58,970 nucleotides of DNA from positions 1 through 58,970 of the forward strand of contig JALUYL010000047.1 of NCBI GenBank assembly GCA_027012955.1, written 5' to 3'. Each line of letters starts with the position of its first letter. The first letter of the stretch is position 1. The stretch comes from Sulfurovum sp. (GTDB lineage Bacteria; Campylobacterota; Campylobacteria; Campylobacterales; Sulfurovaceae). Of the stretch, positions 10,359 through 19,682 are shown piece after piece. The notes beneath the pieces are model-generated. The model was not told the origin of the DNA, made no database searches, and saw only the letters and a list, made by a program, of their open reading frames with translations. The translations under genes and the position numbers were made by a program.

Positions 10359-11129
10359 GTGTACAGTATTAAAGCCCATGCAAAAGTAAACATTTTTTTA
10401 AAGATAACTGGACACAAAGAGGGGTACCATACCCTACTCTCACGTTTTATGCGTGTGGAAGATTTATATGACACTATTCGCTTCGTACCTTGTGAATGTG
10501 ACTCATTTACTATAGAAGGATGTGAGGATGTACCCTTAGAATCAAATACTATCTACAAAGCCTACAAAGCACTAAATGACCATACCGGTGACCTAGACAT
10601 ACTCAACTTTTTTTACAAACACAAAGTTGTAGTCACCAAACGTATCCCAAGTCAAGCAGGACTTGGTGGCGGTAGCTCTGATGCCGCTGCTTTTATGCGC
10701 TTGGTCAAAGAGGTATGTAACCTAATGCTCAGTACCGAAGCCTTAGCAAAGATAGGAAGTACCATAGGGGCTGATTTACCTTTTTTTATCTACAACTACC
10801 CTTGTGCAAATGTCAGTGGCTTTGGAGAAGTGGTAGAGCCTTTTGCAGAAGCACCATTAGCCTTAGAACTCTATACCCCAGAACTAGGCTGTGACACAAC
10901 TCTAGTGTATAAAACATTCAAGCAACACTTGCTTAACAACATAAACCTATGTTCGTTTATAGGGTGGGAAAGACTAGATTCAAAAACACTCTTAGAGATG
11001 ATAGCAGACCCCATCATACTCAATGATCTCTATGCAGCTTCCCTCATCGCCTACCCTAAATTAAAATACATAGACAAAGATGGCTGGTTTTTCTCTGGTT
11101 CAGGAAGCACATTTTTCAAAGTGCTTTAG
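10359..11129 (+). CDS. ispE: 4-(cytidine 5'-diphospho)-2-C-methyl-D-erythritol kinase
   Basis: AKVNIFLKITG, KRIPSQAGLGGGSSDAA, GADLPFF, SGSGST. Confidence 0.96.
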   Translation: MYSIKAHAKVNIFLKITGHKEGYHTLLSRFMRVEDLYDTIRFVPCECDSFTIEGCEDVPLESNTIYKAYKALNDHTGDLDILNFFYKHKVVVTKRIPSQAGLGGGSSDAAAFMRLVKEVCNLMLSTEALAKIGSTIGADLPFFIYNYPCANVSGFGEVVEPFAEAPLALELYTPELGCDTTLVYKTFKQHLLNNINLCSFIGWERLDSKTLLEMIADPIILNDLYAASLIAYPKLKYIDKDGWFFSGSGSTFFKVL

Positions 11130-11138
11130 GGGATACTT

Positions 11139-13634
11139 TTAGCTATTAAGATATTTTTCTATCGAGCCGCTAAGTTTGCTAAATTCATCTCTATATCGAG
11201 AAACATAGCTATGTAACAATTCTGGTTTTTTATAAATAAGGTGCTGATGAATCTCGTTAATAATGACATGCATCTCTTTAGCCCCAATAGTACCTGTCAA
11301 CCCTTTCATATCAAAACAGAACATTTTAACCTGTGTGAAACGCTGTTCTTTGACCAGTTTTTCAAACAATGTATCACTGTTTTTATACGCATCCATAAAC
11401 TCTTTGAGAACCTCTTTATAAAAAGCGTTATTTTGTTTCATATGGGCAAGCCCCTCTTCTATGTTTAGTCCAGGAAACACTAAAGTAGGATTAGCATGTT
11501 CTTGGCTCATCTCTGAAATATGCATCTTCTCATCTTTTTTAACAAACATATCTAGCGCACTATATAGTTTTTCAATGCGTACAGGCTTTGGAAGGTATCC
11601 GTTCATCCCAGAATCAAACATCTTTTCTATCTCATGTTCTGACACCAACGCGGTCAATGCTACAATGGCAATGCTATCAAAGCGATTGTCATTGCGTATG
11701 AGTTCAGAAGCTCTGTATCCATCCATCACAGGCATATTGATATCCATAAAAATGAAGTCTACATCTTTATGTGCCCGTACAAATTCGACAGCTTCTTCCC
11801 CATTGTTGGCTACGCTGAGTTTCATTTCTGATTTACCCAACACACTCATCACCACTTTTTGATTGATAATATTGTCTTCCACAATAAGAATATGTGCACC
11901 TTTAAATTTCTTAAAACTCTCCAAGGTTACATTTTTTACATCTTTAAATACTTCCCTATAAATAGGTAAGACATCTGCAACTTTAGGAACAATACCCGAT
12001 GCGAGCTCTTCTTTTTTAACTTCTTTTTCTTTGGCTTTTTTTTCATAGAGTTCGATAAGTGTATCAAAAACGTACTCTTGCGTTAATGGTTTTACCAAAC
12101 TAATGTCTATCGCATTATTGGGTACCACTTCATCTGAAGAAAAAAGATTATCTAAACTAATCAGTTTAAGGTTTTGCTTATCTTTGACTTTTTTAAGCGA
12201 CTCCAACACTTTGAAATTAAACAAAGTATCATTAAGTGCAACGATTTCATATTCAGAGAAAATAGGTATATTTTTAATAAATTGTTCTGCGCTTAAGACT
12301 GTCACTTCCGCTCTAAAATACGCAAACATTTTTTCTGTAGCATGTGCTGCATAATCACTTTTATCTACAATAAGGATTTTTTTACCTACGAGACCTTTAT
12401 CTGGTAAACGGTACTTTCTTTTCTCTTTATTCTTCTCTTCTATAGGAATGGTTAATGCCAAGCCATTAAAGCCATTCTCACGGTCAACCACAAGTAACTC
12501 TCCATCCATCAAATGGGTCAATTCATTGGCAACAAAAAGTCCAAGCCCCACATATCTACGTGAAGCCTCATCATAGTATGAGTCAAAAAGTGCTTCTTTA
12601 TCTTCTACAAGAAGTTCCGAATCTATGTTAAAACATAATTGTAACCCATCTTTTAAACTAGACGTCGTGACCACTTCAAGTTTGATCTCTTGACTTTTAC
12701 TGTTTTGTATAAAATATTCTAACAAATTTGTTAGAATTTGCCCAAGATGCAGTGAATCAGCAAACATAAATCTCGGTACTTCTTTATCGATATCAAAAAC
12801 CAACTCTGTGTCATTTTGCTTATAGGTATTATTCAATAACCCCGCAACTTCATTAAGCACATTATTAAAGTTAAACACTTCATGCTGAATCACTACTTTT
12901 TTAGACTTGAGTCTTAAAAACTTAATAAGATCACCCGTGACATCTAGTAATTCATTTTCATTGTACATGACTTTTTCCATGTCTTTGTAGAGAGGTGTTT
13001 CTTTCACCTTCTCTGCAAGGCTACTCGTATGCGTCATCGTTTCACGTGCGATAGTATGGATATTTTCTCCCATACTCGAAAGCACTTCATGCTGTTTTTG
13101 TTCTAACTTTTTATGTTTAAATTTAATATTTTCATGGTCTTTTTTAAGTTTCTTTATTTGTTCAGAAGACACAAACATAAAGATTATGCCTATAGCAGCC
13201 AAAGTAAACAGACCATACCATAAATTGCTATCATCTTTTTCAACCATCACTTCTCTGTCCACATATACTTTCTTAATCGTGGGGGTCACAGATGTAGCCA
13301 TAGCAGATGCTACCACTACAGGCTTATTTTTTTCGATAATCACAGCATAAGGAAATACTTTCTTTACATTGATATATGCAAGTGCTAGTAAATCATTACG
13401 TTCAAATGGTCCAACTTGCAGCAGTTCTTTATCATGTAAAACAACCACTTTCTCTTTAATCTGAGATGCAGACAACATTTCAGCCAAACTTGCATCGTTT
13501 TCCAATAAAGTTTGATACTGTATTTTTGCATATTCTATTTTTTCTGTGCTGTCACTTTGCAACAAAACAATAACATTTTCATTTGCTAATAATGCCAAGA
13601 TAAAAGCAAACCATAAACCTATAATTTTACGCAT
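11139..13634 (-). CDS. hybrid sensor-kinase-like protein with degenerate HisKA/HATPase and Hpt, and one intact receiver
   Basis: Signal peptide, periplasmic domain, TM, coiled coil, kinase-like core (GLGLFVANEL), receiver ILIVEDN..FMDINMPVMDG..KP, C-terminal Hpt-like MKGLTGTIGA. Confidence 0.88.
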   Translation of the reverse strand: MRKIIGLWFAFILALLANENVIVLLQSDSTEKIEYAKIQYQTLLENDASLAEMLSASQIKEKVVVLHDKELLQVGPFERNDLLALAYINVKKVFPYAVIIEKNKPVVVASAMATSVTPTIKKVYVDREVMVEKDDSNLWYGLFTLAAIGIIFMFVSSEQIKKLKKDHENIKFKHKKLEQKQHEVLSSMGENIHTIARETMTHTSSLAEKVKETPLYKDMEKVMYNENELLDVTGDLIKFLRLKSKKVVIQHEVFNFNNVLNEVAGLLNNTYKQNDTELVFDIDKEVPRFMFADSLHLGQILTNLLEYFIQNSKSQEIKLEVVTTSSLKDGLQLCFNIDSELLVEDKEALFDSYYDEASRRYVGLGLFVANELTHLMDGELLVVDRENGFNGLALTIPIEEKNKEKRKYRLPDKGLVGKKILIVDKSDYAAHATEKMFAYFRAEVTVLSAEQFIKNIPIFSEYEIVALNDTLFNFKVLESLKKVKDKQNLKLISLDNLFSSDEVVPNNAIDISLVKPLTQEYVFDTLIELYEKKAKEKEVKKEELASGIVPKVADVLPIYREVFKDVKNVTLESFKKFKGAHILIVEDNIINQKVVMSVLGKSEMKLSVANNGEEAVEFVRAHKDVDFIFMDINMPVMDGYRASELIRNDNRFDSIAIVALTALVSEHEIEKMFDSGMNGYLPKPVRIEKLYSALDMFVKKDEKMHISEMSQEHANPTLVFPGLNIEEGLAHMKQNNAFYKEVLKEFMDAYKNSDTLFEKLVKEQRFTQVKMFCFDMKGLTGTIGAKEMHVIINEIHQHLIYKKPELLHSYVSRYRDEFSKLSGSIEKYLNS

Positions 13635-14229
13635 TATCTACTCCTAACTGTGTAATTTCTTTTTCAATTTTTTTCTGATCACTTCGTATATCTTTTTGTG
13701 TCTTATTGAGTTTAGCAATCTTGCGTCGACGAAGAAGAGAAGATATCAAACCTATCAAGGCCAAAAACCAAATAGCAATCCACTGTAAACCAATCTTATC
13801 TATCCCATTTTGTGCTTTATATTTTGTGGCATTTATCTTAGAGCTTTTTTGTATCTTTGGTATATCTGATTCCACATAACGTTGCGTATCTTTAATCGTC
13901 TCGGGTGCATCAATATAAAAAGTATCTGGGAAAAGTGGCGTAAGTAAAATGAGCAGCTGATTACGTACTGTCAAAGAATGGATCGGTGAAAGTACCAATA
14001 CCTGCTGTTTTCCTAACATTTCAAGTTTAGGTGTCAAATGATATTTCTCTTCTAAAGCCCGAATAGCTGGCTCTTCTATAAAATAAATTTTCAATTTCAA
14101 AAAGTTTTCATCTGCAAGTGCACTATCTCCATAACTCGCAACAATCATTTTCTCAGAAAATTTTTCATGAGGGGTTACTTTTGCAAAAAGAAAAGTATAC
14201 ATACTGAGGATAAGCATCAAAAATTTCAT
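13627..14229 (-). CDS. hypothetical exported/membrane protein resembling the N-terminal module of the adjacent kinase-like gene
   Basis: Signal peptide, periplasmic domain, C-terminal TM plus basic coiled coil; overlaps next gene. Confidence 0.8.
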   Translation of the reverse strand: MKFLMLILSMYTFLFAKVTPHEKFSEKMIVASYGDSALADENFLKLKIYFIEEPAIRALEEKYHLTPKLEMLGKQQVLVLSPIHSLTVRNQLLILLTPLFPDTFYIDAPETIKDTQRYVESDIPKIQKSSKINATKYKAQNGIDKIGLQWIAIWFLALIGLISSLLRRRKIAKLNKTQKDIRSDQKKIEKEITQLGVDNA

Positions 14230-14309
14230 GTAAAGGTACCTTTAAACATTTAAAATATTGAACAAGAATAATAGTGTAACATAATTTATCCCTAAACAAA
14301 AAGCTTAAT

Positions 14310-14352
14310 CCCAAATATAGAAATAGGATGAATTCCTATTTCTATATTTGGG
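14310..14352. repeat. perfect 19-bp inverted repeat with 5-nt spacer, flanked by TTAAT direct repeats
   Basis: CCCAAATATAGAAATAGGA-TGAAT-TCCTATTTCTATATTTGGG between divergent genes. Confidence 0.9.
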
Positions 14353-14409
14353 TTAATACATCTTAATCAAATAATAGTTATAATAAAACAAATAAACTAA
14401 AGAGAAACC

Positions 14410-15372
14410 ATGGCAAGTCTAAATAAGTATCCTAATATCTTCGATGAATTAAAAACCCAAGTACGTGAAGCGGGCTTACTTGACCGTGTTCCTATACGTG
14501 GTAGCCTAGAAATGATAGCCATACTTCTCTGCATCATCACAGCACTTGCAACCGCACCACATTGGCACCCTGTGATTTTGGCTCTTTTTTTAACCTTGCT
14601 TTTTACGCGCTCCGTCTTTGTCTCGCATGACATCTTGCACACACAGTACTTTAAAAACAAAGCGCTGTCTAAAAAACTGAGCTATCCTTTTTCTGCCATT
14701 ATTCTCTCAAATTCCTCTTCATGGTGGGACTATAAACATAATGTCAATCACCACACTTACTGTAACATCGTAGAGAAAGATGAAGATATCCGGGCACTTG
14801 ATGGTGCATTTACCCCTAACAAAGGAAGTAGCCCTTTCTTAAAAAAATACAAACATATTGTCTTTTGGGGTGCCATGTTTTTTATGTTCCCTGCATTTAT
14901 TGCGCAGTCTTACTCTTTTGTCATCAAACGAAAACTATGGGGTGAGCTTTCGCTTATGCTATTACACTGGCCACTTATCTGGGGAACACTCTATTATCAA
15001 ATAGGCGGTTTTGATACCTTTATAGTGGCAATTGTCATGAACTTTGTCCTCTCCCCTTGGCTTGCATTTGGATTCATTACCAACCACTTAGGGTGTGAAA
15101 CCTTCACAGAAGAACAAGCCAAAGATTTTTCATGGATGGAACTACAAATGAGGGGCAGTCGTTCACTCAAAGGCGGTTTTTGGGTGCATTGGTTCTATGG
15201 TGGGCTCAATACACAAATAGAACACCATCTATTCCCCAAAGCACCACGGTTTAACCTCTTAAAAGTTCAAAAGATAACCAAAGACTTTGCAAAGAAATAT
15301 GACATACCATATTTTGAAACAACACCTATCATGGCGTATGTTCAAATTAATGAAGCACTGAAAGATTATTAA
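14410..15372 (+). CDS. fatty acid desaturase (front-end/Delta6-like, no cytochrome b5 domain)
   Basis: His boxes HDILH, HNVNHH, QIEHHLFP; TM segments. Confidence 0.93.
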   Translation: MASLNKYPNIFDELKTQVREAGLLDRVPIRGSLEMIAILLCIITALATAPHWHPVILALFLTLLFTRSVFVSHDILHTQYFKNKALSKKLSYPFSAIILSNSSSWWDYKHNVNHHTYCNIVEKDEDIRALDGAFTPNKGSSPFLKKYKHIVFWGAMFFMFPAFIAQSYSFVIKRKLWGELSLMLLHWPLIWGTLYYQIGGFDTFIVAIVMNFVLSPWLAFGFITNHLGCETFTEEQAKDFSWMELQMRGSRSLKGGFWVHWFYGGLNTQIEHHLFPKAPRFNLLKVQKITKDFAKKYDIPYFETTPIMAYVQINEALKDY

Positions 15373-15404
15373 ACTTTTGCTATAATTTACGAAAAGGAGA
15401 CATC

Positions 15405-16388
15405 ATGGCAATTACAGACACACTCAAAAAGCTCGTTAGAAAAGTACTCACTCTAGGTACTCCCCCTGAAAAAGAAGTCCTTTATAAGGAAGTCATAAAA
15501 CGAAAAGTACCTCAAGAAAGTGCTGAAATACTTGTTATAAATGACATTAAACACTCTTTTAAAAAAGTGTTTTCTGCAGAAGATGACGTTAACTCTTCAG
15601 AAGATGCACCAAATCCCACAGTAAAAAAAGTAACGAAAAAGAAAGCCCCTGCAAAGAAAGCTACAGCAAAAAAGCCCGCAGTGAAAAAGCCTGCTATCAA
15701 AAAAACAACTGTCACGAAGCAAACTACAGCTAGCAAGACTACTAGTGATTCCAAGAAACCTGTCAGTAAAAAACCTGCTGCAAAAAAACCTACTAGTAAA
15801 AAAACCACAACAAAGAAAGCAAGTACTTCAGAAGAAGTCACTACCACTAAAAAACCTGTAGCAAAAAAGTCCACTACCAAAACAGCCGTCACAAAGAAGA
15901 CAACAGCTACAAGTAAAAGTACTGAAACGAAAAAGTCACCGGTTAAGAAACCTGTAGCAAAAAAAGCCACAGTAAAAAAAGAAACGACCACTAAAGCAAC
16001 AGTTAAAAAAACAACCACTCCTGCTAAAAAATCTACAGCAGCACCAAAAGGTGCAAAGAAAGCAGAAAAGATTGCTCTTTACATCAAAGATATCAAAAAA
16101 CACTATGGTGAAGTAGATGAAGATTTTGTAGCTATCGTGGTTAAAAATCTTGGACCTTCTATCTACAAAAAAGATGCGGAACTTGTCTCCTGTTCAGATC
16201 CAAAAGAACTTGATACTGTACGTAAAAACTTTCTCATTAAAAAGTTGGGTATTGATGCAAGTCAGGGAGTGTTAGATGCTGCTATACAAGATGTCTGTGA
16301 AGAGCTAAAAGGCGTGCGCAGAAAGTATCGTGCAACGTTCTACTATAGCTTGGCAAAAAAATTCAAAAAAGAGTCAGTTCTCAAATAA
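15405..16388 (+). CDS. DUF2853-like protein with histone-H1-like Lys/Thr/Ala-rich region
   Basis: KKP(A/V)AKK repeats over about 150 aa; C-terminal LGPSIYKKDAELVSCSD..ELDTVRKNFLIKKLG..KYRATFYY. Confidence 0.85.
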   Translation: MAITDTLKKLVRKVLTLGTPPEKEVLYKEVIKRKVPQESAEILVINDIKHSFKKVFSAEDDVNSSEDAPNPTVKKVTKKKAPAKKATAKKPAVKKPAIKKTTVTKQTTASKTTSDSKKPVSKKPAAKKPTSKKTTTKKASTSEEVTTTKKPVAKKSTTKTAVTKKTTATSKSTETKKSPVKKPVAKKATVKKETTTKATVKKTTTPAKKSTAAPKGAKKAEKIALYIKDIKKHYGEVDEDFVAIVVKNLGPSIYKKDAELVSCSDPKELDTVRKNFLIKKLGIDASQGVLDAAIQDVCEELKGVRRKYRATFYYSLAKKFKKESVLK

Positions 16389-16412
16389 ACTATAGCAACC
16401 AAAAGGACTCTT

Positions 16413-17276
16413 TTGTTTAAATATCTCTTTTTTACTGCGTTCGTGACACTCCTTATTTACAGTAGTGTCACAAAAACTTCTTTTTTACCTACACAAGAAA
16501 ACCCTTTTAAACTTGACGATATAGAAACACACTCTGACAATGAAGTATTATTTACTTCTTTTAAACATATCGAAGAACGAAGAGAAAAAAAACGTCTAGC
16601 ACAGGAAAAAGTAGAACAAGAAGCCTTAAAAAAGCGTCTTCTTATCGCTAAAAAAGCCAAAGAAAAAGCGTTAGAAAAAAAACGAGTAGAAGAAAAAAAA
16701 GAACTTGCAAAACTAGAAGCGAAACGTTTGCTTATAAAAAAATTACAAAAAGAAAAAGAAGCCCAGGAGAAGTTAGAAACAGCACGTATGCTAAGTGCAA
16801 AAAAAGAACGAGAACTTGTTGCAAAGAGAATTCTTGAACTCAAAGCCATAGCACAAAAGAAAGCTTTAGAAAAAGAGAAAAAACAACAAGCTATTTTTGC
16901 CAAATCACCCACACACAATAGCATCACCGCGCATGTCGATCTTTCCGAACAAAAGATAAACGTATACAAAGGTACGACACTTTTACACCAATGGCGCGTT
17001 TCTACGGCTAGAAGAGGGTATGTGACACCTACAGGTACTTACAAACCTTTAAGTATGCAAAAAATGCACTATTCAAAAAAATACCACAACTCACCGATGC
17101 CTTACTCCATATTTTTTAAGGGGGGGTATGCGCTACATGGCACGAGAAGCATCAGCCGTTTAGGTCATATAGCCTCACATGGATGCGTCAGACTCCACCC
17201 TACCCATGCAAAAGAGCTATATGCACTTATCAAAGAGTATGGTAAAGAAAATACAACTATTACCATCACCCAGTAG
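16413..17276 (+). CDS. L,D-transpeptidase (YkuD family) with long charged coiled-coil stalk
   Basis: VDLSEQ, VSTAR..TPTG, HGT..LG..ASHGCVRL. Confidence 0.93.
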   Translation: MFKYLFFTAFVTLLIYSSVTKTSFLPTQENPFKLDDIETHSDNEVLFTSFKHIEERREKKRLAQEKVEQEALKKRLLIAKKAKEKALEKKRVEEKKELAKLEAKRLLIKKLQKEKEAQEKLETARMLSAKKERELVAKRILELKAIAQKKALEKEKKQQAIFAKSPTHNSITAHVDLSEQKINVYKGTTLLHQWRVSTARRGYVTPTGTYKPLSMQKMHYSKKYHNSPMPYSIFFKGGYALHGTRSISRLGHIASHGCVRLHPTHAKELYALIKEYGKENTTITITQ

Positions 17277-17278
17277 CA

Positions 17279-17524
17279 CTATCTATCTTTTATCATCTCC
17301 AAATACAAGGCTTCTACTTTTACCCTTGCCCAAGGTGTTTTACGCAAGAACTTCAAACAAGACTTGATACTTGGGTTGGTGTTAAAACAATTGATTCTTA
17401 TCCGTTTATCTAGTTCATCCCAACCATAGTGCGCTTCTAACTCTTCTAACACCTGTACCAGTTTAACCCCATGCATTGGGTTATTTTTATGTTCATCATT
17501 ATTCATACCGTTATCATACCTCAA
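17279..17524 (-). CDS. VF530/DUF2132 family small DNA-binding protein
   Basis: NNPMHGVKL..YGWDEL..INCF..PSIKSCLKFLRKTPWAR.KVE. Confidence 0.9.
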   Translation of the reverse strand: MRYDNGMNNDEHKNNPMHGVKLVQVLEELEAHYGWDELDKRIRINCFNTNPSIKSCLKFLRKTPWARVKVEALYLEMIKDR

Positions 17525-17599
17525 ACTTCCATTTAAATGTTTTAAATAAACACTGAGATTATATGATATAATTCTTCAACTATTTAATGAAGGATATTT

Positions 17600-18064
17600 G
17601 TGGCTATCAACATCGTTGCACAAAACAAAAAAGCCAGACACGATTATGAGATACTTGAGAAGTTCGAAGCAGGTATAGTTCTCGCTGGTGCAGAGGTCAA
17701 AGCCTTGCGTGCGAAACGTGCGAACCTTGCAGATGCTTTTTGCCGCTTCATTCAAGGTGAACTGCATATTATGAATGCCCATATCGCGCATTTGGAAACC
17801 ACAAACAGACATTATGTACCTGACACAAGAACACCTAGAAAACTCCTCTTGCACAAAAAACAGTTAGAGAAACTCTATGTCAAAGTGCATAAAGATGGCT
17901 ACACTATTGTACCTCTGATGATTTATTTTAATGAACGTAATTTAGCCAAAGTAAGCATCGCCATCGCCAAAGGGAAGCAACTTCATGACAAACGTGCAGA
18001 CATGAAAGCAAAAACACTTGATAGAGAAGCGAAATCAGCTATGAAAAACAGGAGTTATGAGTAA
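17600..18064 (+). CDS. smpB: SsrA-binding protein SmpB
   Basis: NKKARHDY, EAGIVL.G.EVK, RKLLLHKK, KGK.LHDKR. Confidence 0.98.
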   Translation: MAINIVAQNKKARHDYEILEKFEAGIVLAGAEVKALRAKRANLADAFCRFIQGELHIMNAHIAHLETTNRHYVPDTRTPRKLLLHKKQLEKLYVKVHKDGYTIVPLMIYFNERNLAKVSIAIAKGKQLHDKRADMKAKTLDREAKSAMKNRSYE

Positions 18065-18067
18065 TAA

Positions 18068-18985
18068 CTATTTTTGCTTACGCTTTTTTAGTATCTTCTC
18101 TCTAGGCGAGATATAGGTATGCACTTGATTAGATTTACGTGCTATACGTTTTTCTTTATGTTGTGTATAGATATTTGGATTTAATTTTCTATCTTCATGT
18201 AGACGCTTCCAGATAGAAACTTTTTTATACCCTATAAACTTGTCAATACTAGCTTGTATTTTCTTAACCAACCATTGTAAAAATGACTTCACAGGAATAT
18301 GAAATATCTTTTCCATATAGTATTCAAACCATTCAAACCAAGAGACAAAAAAAGCATAGATACCCGTGATGCCTTTGGCAAGGAAAGGTACTTTTTCCAT
18401 CCATGAGAGTAACCATGAAAAAATGACCACCTCAACTAGAGGTGCTAACCAAGAACCCCAAAGATAATCAGTGAAAAAATATGCAACTGCTGTACCAGTC
18501 TTCAGGAAAATTGCTAAAAGGAAACTCCACACTTTAGCTATAAACACTTTTAACGCAAGCATTCCACCCATAAACTTACCCACGAAACCCAAAGAACCGA
18601 TAAAAGCAAAAATAGTGATGATTTTTTTAACTAAGGGGAAATTTTTGAAGTTCTCTTTTGCATGATTGACAAGACGTTTAAAATCATCAGCAAGATGGTC
18701 TAAAAAGTGTTTTTTAACATTGCCCATCACCACTTTTTCTACCACATATCGTTTACCCAACCCTGTCGCTGACAATAATGCTATTTTCTTTAAGAAAAGC
18801 ATGAGGATAAACTTTCCCTTAACCAAAAAGAATGCTGCCAATATTTTAAAAATATTTTTCTTTACAAAAAGTAAAACACGTAAAAACAAAGCAAAAATAA
18901 ATTCACGACTCTCTTCAACCAATAAAACGATGATAAGCAATCCAAGAAGAAAAACCAGTGTTGAAAGAAAAATACGTTTATGCAT
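18068..18985 (-). CDS. hypothetical membrane protein
   Basis: 305 aa, several hydrophobic/amphipathic segments, basic. Confidence 0.75.
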   Translation of the reverse strand: MHKRIFLSTLVFLLGLLIIVLLVEESREFIFALFLRVLLFVKKNIFKILAAFFLVKGKFILMLFLKKIALLSATGLGKRYVVEKVVMGNVKKHFLDHLADDFKRLVNHAKENFKNFPLVKKIITIFAFIGSLGFVGKFMGGMLALKVFIAKVWSFLLAIFLKTGTAVAYFFTDYLWGSWLAPLVEVVIFSWLLSWMEKVPFLAKGITGIYAFFVSWFEWFEYYMEKIFHIPVKSFLQWLVKKIQASIDKFIGYKKVSIWKRLHEDRKLNPNIYTQHKEKRIARKSNQVHTYISPREKILKKRKQK

Positions 18986-18988
18986 ACA

Positions 18989-19564
18989 TTATTTTTTCAA
19001 AGAGGCTTTTATCGTTTTATAAAGACGCTTTACTTTTGTCATAAAAGGACTTTCTGCCGTGAAATACTTTTCTTTAAATGCACGAGCACGTTTTTTAAAC
19101 CCTTCTTTCATACGCTTTAAACGTGCCATAGTCTCCACATACATTTCGCGTGACTTCAACCATGCGATACCTGCCATCATCTTCTCATACAGCCATTTAA
19201 ACCATCCAAACTGCATAAGCTTGTCTTCTGTTACTCTAAAGAGCCAAAAAGTAAATGCCGCGATGGGGATTTTAGAGACATACAGTGACAAACCAAGTAA
19301 CACCTGACCACTCATAAAGAGCATCCCCGCATAGATACCAAACGTTTCCACTGTTGCCAAAAGTACAACAAAGAGTACAAGAATCACATAGGCATTGATA
19401 TGTTTTAACTTTGCTTCTATTTTTTGAAGAATTTTAAGTGAATGAATGGCCTCATAAATAGGCTTAGCAATCCCCTCCCAAATAAGCTCTTCAAAGATAA
19501 TAAAGATAAATACGAGTATGAGTTGTAAAAGTGAAATGAATTTGTTTTTAATGGTTGTTAACAT
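18989..19564 (-). CDS. hypothetical membrane protein
   Basis: 191 aa, about 3 TM segments, AGGA RBS; co-oriented 3 bp upstream of the previous gene. Confidence 0.8.
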   Translation of the reverse strand: MLTTIKNKFISLLQLILVFIFIIFEELIWEGIAKPIYEAIHSLKILQKIEAKLKHINAYVILVLFVVLLATVETFGIYAGMLFMSGQVLLGLSLYVSKIPIAAFTFWLFRVTEDKLMQFGWFKWLYEKMMAGIAWLKSREMYVETMARLKRMKEGFKKRARAFKEKYFTAESPFMTKVKRLYKTIKASLKK

Positions 19565-19682
19565 AGATATATCCTGGATAAAATTAAATATAATTATAGC
19601 GATTTAATTAGAAAGTTAAAGTGTGAGATGAATAGAAAATTGATTATTTTGTTTGAGTAAAGGAGTCTATGAAAATAGATAA

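Noticed and set aside
15512-16018. 168-aa very hydrophobic minus-strand ORF
   Set aside because: Antisense shadow of the Lys/Thr-rich codons of the DUF2853 fusion
15620-16060. Nucleotide-level tandem repeat or VNTR
   Set aside because: Repetition is at the amino-acid level with varied codons
16457-16969. 170-aa minus-strand ORF
   Set aside because: Antisense to the E/K-rich stalk of the L,D-transpeptidase
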